64,000 bases of DNA from Patescibacteria group bacterium (lineage in GTDB: Bacteria; Patescibacteriota; Patescibacteriia; SG8-24; DYFX01): positions 42,982 through 106,981 of the forward strand of contig JBBTWH010000001.1 of assembly GCA_038062835.1 (NCBI GenBank), in the 5' to 3' direction. Below are positions 45,835-54,863 of the stretch, in pieces. Under the pieces are notes generated by a model, which saw only the letters and a list, made by a program, of their open reading frames with translations, had not been told where the DNA came from and ran no database searches. Position 1 is the stretch's first letter, and the number at the start of each line of letters is the position of its first letter. A program made the translations under genes and the position numbers.

Positions 45835-45846
45835 GTTCCCAGCGTA

Positions 45847-47523
45847 TCACAGGTCCTGCGTGTCCGAAACCGCCAAGGGCTTCTCGAACTTCAAGAAGCG
45901 TCGATGCATGGCGCCGGCGATCGCCATCAGCTCTTCCGACTTCAGCAGATAGAGGACGAGCACATACGCCACGATGCCCAACAGGCTGGCGACGGACGCT
46001 TCCTTGAGCACCGAGAGGCTGCCGCGTGTGTCGAGAGTGACCATCCGCGGTTGGACGACCTGCCAGGCGACCCACGCGCACGCCGCCGCGCCGAGGAAGA
46101 ATTTCCCGAAGGCGCGCAGGATGCCGGCGCCGCCGATGCGGCCGAATTTTTTTCTGAGGACGAAGGCGAGGACGATCACCTGCAAGGCCGACGCGACCGA
46201 GAAGGCGGCGGCGAGCGCCAGGACGCGGACGTCATCCACGCCGAAGAGGCCGAGCCAGAGCCAGACGGTGGCCGCGCCCGGACCCGTCGAGAGCCAGGCC
46301 TTGCACGCGAGCGTCACGGCGATGTTGACCGCCATGGCGGCGAACGAGACCAGGACCGGGATGAAGGTGTTCTTGAGGGCGTAGAAAGCGCGGGCCAGGA
46401 GCGGCGCGAGGCCCTGGAACGCGAGCGAGACCGCGAAGACACCGAGCGAGGCGGCCGCGAGGCGCGTGTCGTTCCAGTCGAGCCCGCGCGCGCCGATCAG
46501 CACGCGGACGATGTGCACGCGGAGCACGACGGCCATAGCCGAGAGCGGGATCAGGAAGAACAGGATCTGCCGGAAGGTGGCGGCGAAGATGTCGCGGAAG
46601 CCGTCGCGATCGCCGCGGGCAGAAGCCTCCGAGAGCGCCGGGAAGGCCGCGATCGAGAACGGGATGGCGAAGGCGCCGAGCGGCACCGCCGAGATGTTCA
46701 TCGCCAGGTTGAAGAGAGCCGGGGCGCCGACGCCGAAGGTCGTGCCGATGGCCGTGCCGATGAACTGGCTGATCTGCGAGATGTCGACGCCGAGGACGCG
46801 CGGCAGGAAGAGCCGCCCGACCTCGCGCACGCCCTCGTGCTTCGCGTCGAGCGCGAAACGCAGCCGCCAGCCGAGCGCCATGGCCGGCGGGACCTGCACC
46901 AGGAGGTGCAGCACGGTGCCGATGATGGCGCCATACGCCACGCCCATGACACCGAACGGCTTCGAGAGGAAGACGATGCCGAAGATGATGGCGGCGTTGT
47001 AGATCGGCGGCGCGAAGGCCACCGCCAGGAAACGCCGGTTGGAGTTCAGGACGCTGGAGAAGACCGCCGAGAGCGCCAGGACGAACGGCGAGAGCATCAT
47101 CACCCGCGTCAGCATGATCGTCAGCTGGAGCTTCTCGCCGGTGAACCCGGGAGCGATGTGCGGCACCAGCCAGTGCGCGCCGAGCGAGAGCGCCAGGCTC
47201 AAGACGCCCATCACCACGGCCACGATCGAAAGGATGCGGTCCGTCATCCGCCAGGCTTCTTCGCGCCGGCCCTTCGCCAGGTATTCGGTGAAGACCGGGA
47301 TGAAGGCCGCCGCGAAGACGCCCAGGATGAGGAGCGCGAACAGGAAGTTCGGCACCTGGAACGAGGCGTAATAGGCGTCGAGCTCGTCGCCCACGCCGAA
47401 ACGCCCGACCAGCATGCGGTCGCGGAACAACCCGAGGATGCGCGACAGGATCGAACTGACGCCGATCAGGAGCGCGGCGCCGGCGATGGTCTTGGATTCC
47501 TGGTTGAAGAGCTTGGAGATCAT
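45847..47523 (-). CDS. murJ: lipid II flippase MurJ (MviN)
   Basis: MISKLFNQ...GVSSILSRILGLFRDRMLVGRFG, with 14 TM segments. The track ORF extends to 47616. Confidence 0.85.
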   Translation of the reverse strand: MISKLFNQESKTIAGAALLIGVSSILSRILGLFRDRMLVGRFGVGDELDAYYASFQVPNFLFALLILGVFAAAFIPVFTEYLAKGRREEAWRMTDRILSIVAVVMGVLSLALSLGAHWLVPHIAPGFTGEKLQLTIMLTRVMMLSPFVLALSAVFSSVLNSNRRFLAVAFAPPIYNAAIIFGIVFLSKPFGVMGVAYGAIIGTVLHLLVQVPPAMALGWRLRFALDAKHEGVREVGRLFLPRVLGVDISQISQFIGTAIGTTFGVGAPALFNLAMNISAVPLGAFAIPFSIAAFPALSEASARGDRDGFRDIFAATFRQILFFLIPLSAMAVVLRVHIVRVLIGARGLDWNDTRLAAASLGVFAVSLAFQGLAPLLARAFYALKNTFIPVLVSFAAMAVNIAVTLACKAWLSTGPGAATVWLWLGLFGVDDVRVLALAAAFSVASALQVIVLAFVLRKKFGRIGGAGILRAFGKFFLGAAACAWVAWQVVQPRMVTLDTRGSLSVLKEASVASLLGIVAYVLVLYLLKSEELMAIAGAMHRRFLKFEKPLAVSDTQDL

Positions 47524-48629
47524 TTCAGCTTGAGGAGCTTGGCCGCCTGCCGCGCGATGGAGCCCTCCTCGTCGGTCGGTACCACCAGGTGCTTCAGCTT
47601 GAACGGCGCGAACCATCTCATGATCAGCACACGCATCTTGTCCGAGCGCTCGCCGATGCCGGCGGTGAAGACGACCGCGTCGCAGCCGCCCATGACGGCC
47701 ATGAACTGGCCGACGTAGCGCACGACGTCGTAGACGAACATCTCAAGCGCGAGCTTGGAACGCTTGTCCCCTCTCGAAGCGCCCTCCATCACGTCGCGCA
47801 TGTCCTTATGGCCGGAGATGCCGAGCGTGCCGGACTTCTTGTTCATCAGCTCATCGACCTGGTCCGGGGTCATCTTCAGTTCGCGGATGAGCCAGATGGG
47901 GATCTCCGAGTCGATGTCGCCGCAGCGCGTGGACATGGTGAGGCCTTCGAGCGGCGTGAAGCCCATCGAGGTGTCGACGGCCTTGCCGCCCTTCACCGCG
48001 GAGATGGAAGCGCCGCTGCCGAGATGGCAGGTGACGAGCTTCAGCTTGGAAAGAGGCTTCTTGAGTTTCTTGGCGGCTTCGGCCGCGACATATTCGTGCG
48101 AGATGCCATGGAAGCCGTACTTGCGCACGCCGTGCTTCTCGTAGAGCTCGTACGGCAGCGCGTACATGTAGGCGTAGTCCGGGATCTTCGTGTAGAAAGC
48201 CGTGTCGAAGACGGCGACGTTCGGCACGCTCGGCATCAGCTTCATGACGGCCTCGATACCCATCACGTTCGGCGGATTATGGAGCGGCGCGAGCTTGTAG
48301 TATTCCTTCAGCTGGGCGATGACCTTCGCGTCGATCTTCGTCGGCACCGTGAGCGCCGTGCCGCCGTGGACGACGCGGTGCCCGAACGCCTTCACTTTCT
48401 TCACGTCGAGACCGGCCTTCGCCAAGGCGGCGAAGGTCTTGGAAAGCGCGTCGGCGTGGTCGGGCACGGAAGCGAACGTCTCCCTGATCTCCTCGCCGCC
48501 GTTCTTGAACTTCAGGAACGGCTTGTCGAGGCCGATGCGTTCGACGATGCCCGAAGCCAGCGTCTTCATCTTGAGGTCGAAGACCTTGAACTTGAACGAG
48601 GAGGAGCCGGAGTTGATGACGAAGATCAT
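47520..48629 (-). CDS. ackA: acetate (propionate) kinase
   Basis: MIFVINSGSSSFKFKVF, with GHRVVHGG, CHLGSGASI and EGSIARQ motifs. Confidence 0.9.
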   Translation of the reverse strand: MIFVINSGSSSFKFKVFDLKMKTLASGIVERIGLDKPFLKFKNGGEEIRETFASVPDHADALSKTFAALAKAGLDVKKVKAFGHRVVHGGTALTVPTKIDAKVIAQLKEYYKLAPLHNPPNVMGIEAVMKLMPSVPNVAVFDTAFYTKIPDYAYMYALPYELYEKHGVRKYGFHGISHEYVAAEAAKKLKKPLSKLKLVTCHLGSGASISAVKGGKAVDTSMGFTPLEGLTMSTRCGDIDSEIPIWLIRELKMTPDQVDELMNKKSGTLGISGHKDMRDVMEGASRGDKRSKLALEMFVYDVVRYVGQFMAVMGGCDAVVFTAGIGERSDKMRVLIMRWFAPFKLKHLVVPTDEEGSIARQAAKLLKLK

Positions 48630-49213
48630 GGCAGTTCAGCTATGGCGTCTGATGATTTACCCATCGGTCCGTGGCCGGGGACGATCCAGGCGGAGAGGCC
48701 GATGATCCTGCGGCGGCTGGCTTCGAGCGCGTCCTTGTCGCGGACGACCTTGAGGCGCGGGTCGGAGGGGCTGCGCACCCAGAGATCGCCCGCCATCGCC
48801 ACGACGCCTTCGGGCGCGTTCACGACGACCGCGCAATCGTGGTCGCTGTGGCCGCCGAGCTTCAGCACGTAGACGTCGTCGGTGATCGGCAGCGCCTCTT
48901 CCGGCCAATACGCGTGGATGGAGCCCTTCCAGCGCGATCCGGCGCCGACGTATTCGGCGTTCGGGAAGAGATGCAAGAGACCGGTGTGGTCAGGATGGAA
49001 ATGCGTGAGCACCACGACGTCCACCTTCAAGGGATCGACGTCGGCGGCTTCGAGCGCGGCGAGATAGGCCTCTTCCTCGCCGGCGTTGGCGACGTCGACG
49101 ACGATGCGGCGGCTGCCGTCCTCGATATACGTCGAGGTGCAGGTCACGTCGAAACGGGTGCCGCGCTCGATCCAGCGCCACCAGCCTTCGCGAATGACGC
49201 GGACGGAAGCCAT
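48626..49213 (-). CDS. MBL-fold metallo-hydrolase
   Basis: Has THFHPDHTG (HxHxDH) and downstream His/Asp ligands. The ATG at 49213 is 3 nt after the pduL stop. Confidence 0.7.
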   Translation of the reverse strand: MASVRVIREGWWRWIERGTRFDVTCTSTYIEDGSRRIVVDVANAGEEEAYLAALEAADVDPLKVDVVVLTHFHPDHTGLLHLFPNAEYVGAGSRWKGSIHAYWPEEALPITDDVYVLKLGGHSDHDCAVVVNAPEGVVAMAGDLWVRSPSDPRLKVVRDKDALEASRRRIIGLSAWIVPGHGPMGKSSDAIAELP

Positions 49214-49215
49214 AT

Positions 49216-49869
49216 CTACTTCTGCGTCCAGTGCGCTTCGCCTTTCTGCACCGCGATGATCTCCCCCGTCGCCCCTTGCGCGGAGAGCGAAGCGGCGTTG
49301 GCTTCGTCGGTGTCGAGATGGATGTTCATGCGGAAGCTCGGATGCACGCGCACCGCCACGTTGTGGACGGTGATCGGCGTCTCGCCCGGCACGCGGACCG
49401 AGATCAGGTCGCCGTTCTTCAGGCCGAGCGTCTCCGCCTCCTTGTCGGAGCAATGCAAATGCCGCTCGTCGTTGATGACGCCTTCGGCAAGCTCGACGGA
49501 ACCTTTCGGACCGACCAGCTCGCACGCGGCGGTCCCGGCGAGGTCGCCGGAGATGCGCACTGGCGTCATGATGCCCAAGCGATAGCCGTCGGAGAACGCC
49601 AGTTCGACCTGTGACTGCTTGCGGCACGGTCCGAGCACGCGCGCCTCGAACTGCCCCTTCGTCCCTTTGACGACGACTTTTTCCTCATACGCGTATTGCC
49701 CCGTCTGCGAGAGCTCCTTCAGGACCTTCATCTGGTAGCCGGAGCCGAAAAGGACGTCCTGGTGCTCCCGGGAAAGATGGACGTGGCGGGCGGAATATTC
49801 GATGCGCACCGAGACGCCGACGGCCGGATGCCCGGCGACGGAATCGAGCGGCAGGGGTTCATTCGTCAT
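49216..49869 (-). CDS. pduL: phosphate acyltransferase PduL-family (phosphotransacetylase/propanoyltransferase)
   Basis: Two PduL repeats, with the ARHVHLS motif. Pairs with ackA. Confidence 0.75.
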   Translation of the reverse strand: MTNEPLPLDSVAGHPAVGVSVRIEYSARHVHLSREHQDVLFGSGYQMKVLKELSQTGQYAYEEKVVVKGTKGQFEARVLGPCRKQSQVELAFSDGYRLGIMTPVRISGDLAGTAACELVGPKGSVELAEGVINDERHLHCSDKEAETLGLKNGDLISVRVPGETPITVHNVAVRVHPSFRMNIHLDTDEANAASLSAQGATGEIIAVQKGEAHWTQK

Positions 49870-50335
49870 AATGCTTCACGATGGGCGTTTCGTCGTAACG
49901 GAGGAAGAAGCGTACCACGCGGGCGATGAGCGTCTTCTCCTTGGTGATGCCGAACTTCTTGAGACGCGAGGCCGGCGCGCGGAAGGTCGTCACGGCCCAT
50001 TCGATCAGGCGCGCGTTCGACTTCACGACCATGCCGAGGATGCCGGTCTTCCACTTCGGCGCCGACAACCGCTTGTTCACGATCTTGATGGCGGAATCGG
50101 GACAGACGCGCTCGCAGGTCTCGCAGCCGATGCACTTGTCGAGGTCGATGACGATGGCCGGCTCGCCGAGCATGCCGAGCTTCTTGGTGTCCCAGCTGAT
50201 GGCGTTCACGGGGCACTTCATCACGCACTCGCCGCAGGATTTGCAAAGCCCGGTGAACCGCGTGACGCGGACCTTGGCGTTCTCCTCGGTGTGCGGTTCG
50301 AGGCGCTTGAGCTCTTCGGGCGTGTTGCGGTCCAT
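49859..50335 (-). CDS. porD: 2-oxoacid:ferredoxin oxidoreductase delta subunit (2x[4Fe-4S] ferredoxin)
   Basis: Has two clusters, CKSCGECVMKCP and CIGCETCERVCP. Confidence 0.75.
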   Translation of the reverse strand: MDRNTPEELKRLEPHTEENAKVRVTRFTGLCKSCGECVMKCPVNAISWDTKKLGMLGEPAIVIDLDKCIGCETCERVCPDSAIKIVNKRLSAPKWKTGILGMVVKSNARLIEWAVTTFRAPASRLKKFGITKEKTLIARVVRFFLRYDETPIVKHYDE

Positions 50336-50336
50336 A

Positions 50337-50888
50337 TCAGGCGTGGGAATAGCCGATGTCGAAGGCCTTCTCGTTCAGTTCCTTGAGCGCAGGGTCCACC
50401 TCGTACTTGGACTTGAACTGCTTCTCGATGCCAGCCAGGAAGCTGTCGCGGTCGAGCCCGGGAATCGTCTTCACCATCGCGCCCATCATGATCATGTTGA
50501 AGACGCGCGGCTTCTTCAGCTCCTCTTTGGCGATGCGGCCGGCGTCGATCTGCCTCGGATTCCAGCGCGTGATCTGCGCGACGTCCTTCACCAGGAAGCT
50601 GTTCACGATAATCTTCGTGTCGTCCTTGAGGTAGTTGAAGATACGCGGCACAGCGCGCTGGGAGAGCGCGACCCATAGGTCCGCCTTGGCGAACTTCGGA
50701 TACGCGAGATCCGTGTCGCTGATTTGCGCCCAGGCTTCGGTCACGCCGCCGCGCTTCTCGGTCGAGAAGTACGGCACGTAGACCGCCTTCTTCCCCTGAA
50801 GGAAGGCGGTGTAGGCGATGATCTTGGCGATGGACTGCACGCCCTGCCCCCCCTCGCCGCTGATGATGATCTTGTACGGCTGGCTCAT
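50337..50888 (-). CDS. porG: 2-oxoacid:ferredoxin oxidoreductase gamma subunit
   Basis: IIISGEGGQGV motif, POR_gamma domain. Confidence 0.8.
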   Translation of the reverse strand: MSQPYKIIISGEGGQGVQSIAKIIAYTAFLQGKKAVYVPYFSTEKRGGVTEAWAQISDTDLAYPKFAKADLWVALSQRAVPRIFNYLKDDTKIIVNSFLVKDVAQITRWNPRQIDAGRIAKEELKKPRVFNMIMMGAMVKTIPGLDRDSFLAGIEKQFKSKYEVDPALKELNEKAFDIGYSHA

Positions 50889-50889
50889 A

Positions 50890-51621
50890 TCAGAAATATC
50901 CCAGCTTGAACGCCTTCGCGAGCTTCCCTTCGAGGATCTCGAAGGTCTTGTCGGGATGCTCGACGGTGCCCCAGTTCAGCGTGCAGGGCGAAAGCACTTC
51001 GAGGAAGGCGAAGCCCTTGCCGTCGATGACGTGCCGGAGGCCTTCCTTCATCAGGTCGCGGAGCGCGAGCTGCCGCGTGGTGATGCCGCGCGCGATCCAG
51101 GCGCTCGGGTTCACGTGGCGGATGAGGTCGGGACCTTTGATGAAATGATCGTCCGCGCCGTACGGCGTGGTGGCCGTCTTCATGCCGGGGAGCGTCGTGG
51201 GCGCTTCCTGTCCGCCCGTCATCCCGTAGACGGCGTTGTTCACGACGATGACGAGGACGTCCTCATCGCGGATGGCGGCGCTCAGGAGTCCGCCCATTCC
51301 TATGGCGTAGGCGCCGCCGTCGCCGACGTACGCGACCGCGACGGCGTCGGGGTTGCCGCGCTTGAGTCCGCACATCGTCGGGACGGTGCGGCCGTGATGC
51401 GTCTCGATGGTGTCGATGTTGAAATAATCGTAGGCCAGGAGCGAACAGCCGATGTCGACGCCGAAGGCCACGCGCCGCTGGATGCCGAGATCGTCGATGG
51501 CGAAACCGAAGGCCTTGAGGACCTCGGGATGTCCGCAGCCGGGACAGAAAAGATGCGGCTTCGATTCAAGCCGTACGCACTTGGGATAGGCGAGATGAAT
51601 GCTGGGGGCATTCATAAGCAA
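50890..51621 (-). CDS. porB: 2-oxoacid:ferredoxin oxidoreductase beta subunit (TPP-binding)
   Basis: CPGCGH, GDGG and a TPP-binding fold. Confidence 0.85.
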   Translation of the reverse strand: MLMNAPSIHLAYPKCVRLESKPHLFCPGCGHPEVLKAFGFAIDDLGIQRRVAFGVDIGCSLLAYDYFNIDTIETHHGRTVPTMCGLKRGNPDAVAVAYVGDGGAYAIGMGGLLSAAIRDEDVLVIVVNNAVYGMTGGQEAPTTLPGMKTATTPYGADDHFIKGPDLIRHVNPSAWIARGITTRQLALRDLMKEGLRHVIDGKGFAFLEVLSPCTLNWGTVEHPDKTFEILEGKLAKAFKLGYF

Positions 51622-51745
51622 AAAGCCAAAAGTTCAAAGCAAGAAGCTGGAAGCCAAAGGTCAAAATTCAAAAGCCCGAGCTTTTTTCTTGCAGCTTCTG
51701 ACTTCCCGCTTTTGGCCTTTGACTTTTGGCTTTTTGCTTTCATAT
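51622..51745. repeat. AT-rich about 120-nt imperfect long hairpin between porA and porB (encodes K-rich mini-ORF MKAKSQKSKAKSGKSEAARKK... on minus strand)
   Basis: Left arm gcaaaaagccaaaagttcaaag... and right arm ...ctttgacttttggctttttgc. Local GC is far below its surroundings. Confidence 0.45.
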
Positions 51746-52864
51746 TCAGGCGTTCTTGATGAGTTCCACGATCTCCTCGGGATAGATGCCGATGGAGGGG
51801 CGGAAGTGTTCGATCATCTTCGGGCCGGGCATGTCGTACAAACCGTCGCGCACGATGCGGGCGAGCTGGTTGATGGCGGACTCGGCGAGAATGATGGTGT
51901 CGGCGCCCTTCGCCGCTTCGAGCAGGGCCTTCCGCGGGAACGGATTGATGGTGATGGGACGGAAGAGGCGCGCCTTGCCGCCGGTGGCGTCGATGGCGGC
52001 CTTGGCGGCCTGCGAGACGATGCCGTGCGCGACGACGAGCACCTTGGCGTTCGGGTCGCCGTACGACTCGTGCTCCTCGATGTCCGGCGCCATCTTGTCC
52101 CAAGCGGCCTTGATCTCCATGTTCACCTGGAGCGTCTCCTCTTCGAGGTTCAGGCAGTTGCGGTAACAGGAATATTCCACGCCGTCCTGGACGCGGATGT
52201 GCACTTCGGGTTTCGGCACGACTTCGTTGATGGGCCGATCGCGCTTTTCTTCGAGCAAGTAGCGTTCCGTCGGCACCGTCTCGATGCCGCGCGAAGCGGG
52301 ATCGTACAGCTCGACCTCGCCCATCATCTTGGCCTGGTAGCCGTCGGAAAGCAGGAAGGTCGGGAAACGATATTTCCAGGCGATGTTGAAGACCTTGATG
52401 CCGTAGTCGTAGAGCTCCTGCAGGGTCGCCGTCGAATAGACGATGCGGTAGCCGTTGCCGTTGCCGCCGTAGGCGGTGAGGTTCACTTCGGATTGCGAAT
52501 AGATGACGGTGGAGGTGGACGGGCCGCCGCGCATGTTGATGTAGGCGACGGTCGGCGTGCGCATCGCCTCCGCCATCGAGAAAGCGTCCTGCATCAGGAT
52601 GTTGCCGGGACCGGCGGTGACGGTGAAGGAGCGGCGCCCGGCCAAGGTGGAGCCGAGCAGCATGAACGACGCGCCGATCTCATCCTCGGCCTGTACGAAC
52701 ACCATGTCGTCCTTCTTCCCCTGCTCCGAACCGGCCTCCTTCGCCCACCAAAGCAAAATCTCCGACCCTGGCGTGATCGGATACCCATACATGGCCGTCG
52801 CCCCGGCAGCGCGCGCCGCCCGAGCCAGGACCTCGTTGCCCATCATGAACTGTTTTTCGGGCAT
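51746..52864 (-). CDS. porA: 2-oxoacid (pyruvate/2-ketoisovalerate):ferredoxin oxidoreductase alpha subunit
   Basis: MPEKQFMMGNEVLARAARAAGATAMYGYPITPGSEI, POR_N domain. The -10 TGcTATACT lies 6 nt before ATG. Confidence 0.85.
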   Translation of the reverse strand: MPEKQFMMGNEVLARAARAAGATAMYGYPITPGSEILLWWAKEAGSEQGKKDDMVFVQAEDEIGASFMLLGSTLAGRRSFTVTAGPGNILMQDAFSMAEAMRTPTVAYINMRGGPSTSTVIYSQSEVNLTAYGGNGNGYRIVYSTATLQELYDYGIKVFNIAWKYRFPTFLLSDGYQAKMMGEVELYDPASRGIETVPTERYLLEEKRDRPINEVVPKPEVHIRVQDGVEYSCYRNCLNLEEETLQVNMEIKAAWDKMAPDIEEHESYGDPNAKVLVVAHGIVSQAAKAAIDATGGKARLFRPITINPFPRKALLEAAKGADTIILAESAINQLARIVRDGLYDMPGPKMIEHFRPSIGIYPEEIVELIKNA

Positions 52865-52881
52865 GCCCGCAGTATAGCAAA
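52799..52881 (-). repeat. 83-bp direct repeat copy A (porA promoter + codons 1-22)
   Basis: Matches 54798-54880 at 80 of 83 positions. Confidence 0.85.
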
Positions 52882-52900
52882 CAAGGCCCCGAAGGGCCTT
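52877..52900 (-). terminator. hairpin (aaggccc-cgaa-gggcctt) after beta-helix gene / before porA promoter
   Basis: Perfect 7-bp stem. Confidence 0.4.
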
Positions 52901-52931
52901 GTGGGGACTGTGGAGACATTTGACGGCCGCA

Positions 52932-54863
52932 TCATCCAGACAACGGGGTACCGACCGTGTAATTCACCCAGAAAGCGTCAGAGACGTCGTCGATCATGCG
53001 ATTCCATCCGTCGCCGTACAGCTGACGCGCCGCCGCCTCCGACGGCACCAAGCGGAGGATGCCCGCGCGCGAAACCACGTAGACTTTAGGGTCGCTCTGG
53101 ACCTTGATCATGCGAGCGCCTGGCCGGTAGGTGATGTTGCCGCCAAGGGGGATGCCCGCCAGCGTCGCGTCAGAAACAGTCGCGATGCCGTTGAAGTCGG
53201 CGTACCAGGTGAAATAGGCCCTGTCGTTCACGAAGACGTAGCGTTTACCGTCGGCGCCGCAGTAATAGACCGCCGGCAACGTTCCCCTGACGCGCGATCC
53301 GGAGACGCAGGGCGGCGAGGAAGCGGTGGTGAGGCGCTTGTCCGTATTGATGTCCCACGTCGAAGCCATCGCGACCATCGCCGTGTAGTCGCCCGCCACG
53401 GTCGGATCGGTCGCCGGCGGAATGGATCTTCCCGAACCATCGGGGTCATAGCCGTTACGCGCTTCGTCGCCGTCCTTGAATCCATCGCCGTCCGTGTCAG
53501 GATTCGACGGGTTCGTATTGAAATGCCCGGTCTCCTCGGCATCGGAAAGCCCGTCGCCGTCGGTATCCGCCGGCAACAGTGCGGATGGTGGCGCGGGTGT
53601 GGGTGTGGGTGTGGGTGTGGGTGTGGGTGTGGGTGTGGAACCCGGCGCCGTGCAGGCCAGCGGCGCATGGGCCTTGGCAGACTGACAGATGTTGCCGCCG
53701 CCGTCGACGACCATGCTTTGGGGACCGAAGAGGAGCCCGTTTCCCGTAACGCCGAAATCGTTGGCAGTAAAGACGTTGTTCGAAAGGATAAAATCGCCGG
53801 AGCCGATATCGTGGCCGTCCTGTGGGATGTTCGCCACGGCGACGCTCGAGAAATCGAACTCGGCGTTGAAATCGGCGGGACTCGCGGCATTCAATACGCG
53901 ATTGCCGCGGAACGTGTTATCCGTGAAATAGACCTTGCTTTCCGACGGCTTGAAACGGTACGCCCGGAAGAAATAGAACATCCGCGCCGAACCGCCCTCG
54001 ACCGTATTATCGGAGACGGTGTTCGATTTCCAGCTGTTGAAGTACCAGCCGCCGATGCCGCAGACCAGCGAGCGGTGGATCCGATTGCGGTCGAAGATCG
54101 TCCGTTCAATGAGGCCTACCGTCTCGATCCCGCAATCGTAGTTTCCCGCGGTATCGTTATCCCGGACCACGTCATCGCTCTCGTCGATCAGCACGATGCC
54201 GTCATCGAGCCCGAGATGATCCGCAGGCGCGTCCCTGCCAGTCAGGGTATTGGCCGTAATCGCGTTCCGGCGGCCGTTCGAGACGCTGATGAGCGCGGGA
54301 ACGTCGAACGTGGCCGTCCGCATCGAGAGCGTGTTGCGCTCGATCTTGCTGTCAGACGAGCCGTTGAAGGTGAGCGCCGCCGCCATGGTGTTGTCGTGGA
54401 CATCGATGAACGATGAGTCATTGATGCTCGCGTCGATGTACGCATCGGACGAAGATGTCGTCAGGGTATTGCCGGTGATCTCGCCGCGCGTGCCTCGGAC
54501 GACGTAGAGGAAGGAGCGGTGCTGAGCGCCATCATCCTTGGTATTGAACCTGCAATTCTTGAGCGTGAAATCGCTGACGTCGGTGAACTCGAACGCCCGG
54601 TAGAAGTCGTTGATCGTGTTGTTCTGGCAATCGATGACGACATCGTGCGTGTCGTGGATGCTGAAACACGGCGTTCCGACGTTCGTCGACAAGGTCTGTT
54701 CGAGGACGTATGTGCCGCTTGCAGTGATTTCCCGGCAACTGGAAAGCACCATCGGGGCATCCGCCGCCGCCGTGAAGGGAACGAGCAGCATCAGGACCGC
54801 CCCGGCAGCGCGCGCCGCCCGAGCCAGGACCTCGTTGCCCATCATGAACTGCTTTTCGGCCAT
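52932..54863 (-). CDS. secreted right-handed parallel beta-helix repeat protein with TSP3-like Asp-rich repeats, (PT)7 linker and conserved C-terminal module
   Basis: The N-terminal 22 aa are copied from PorA and continue into an h-region and AxA site (AVLMLLVPFTAAADA). Has NTxT beta-helix repeats, DTDGDGLSD...DTDGDGFKDGDE and PTPTPTPTPTPTPT. The C-terminus is homologous to the C-terminus of 8847-10598. Confidence 0.65.
   Translation of the reverse strand: MAEKQFMMGNEVLARAARAAGAVLMLLVPFTAAADAPMVLSSCREITASGTYVLEQTLSTNVGTPCFSIHDTHDVVIDCQNNTINDFYRAFEFTDVSDFTLKNCRFNTKDDGAQHRSFLYVVRGTRGEITGNTLTTSSSDAYIDASINDSSFIDVHDNTMAAALTFNGSSDSKIERNTLSMRTATFDVPALISVSNGRRNAITANTLTGRDAPADHLGLDDGIVLIDESDDVVRDNDTAGNYDCGIETVGLIERTIFDRNRIHRSLVCGIGGWYFNSWKSNTVSDNTVEGGSARMFYFFRAYRFKPSESKVYFTDNTFRGNRVLNAASPADFNAEFDFSSVAVANIPQDGHDIGSGDFILSNNVFTANDFGVTGNGLLFGPQSMVVDGGGNICQSAKAHAPLACTAPGSTPTPTPTPTPTPTPAPPSALLPADTDGDGLSDAEETGHFNTNPSNPDTDGDGFKDGDEARNGYDPDGSGRSIPPATDPTVAGDYTAMVAMASTWDINTDKRLTTASSPPCVSGSRVRGTLPAVYYCGADGKRYVFVNDRAYFTWYADFNGIATVSDATLAGIPLGGNITYRPGARMIKVQSDPKVYVVSRAGILRLVPSEAAARQLYGDGWNRMIDDVSDAFWVNYTVGTPLSG
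53595..53638. repeat. (GGGTGT)7 hexanucleotide microsatellite encoding the (PT)7 linker
   Basis: Seven perfect tandem copies inside the CDS. Confidence 0.85.

Noticed and set aside
53581-53641. The (GGGTGT)n array as a CRISPR or other repeat locus
   Set aside because: It is a simple in-frame hexamer microsatellite within a CDS. There are no spacers or CRISPR-like repeats anywhere in the window.
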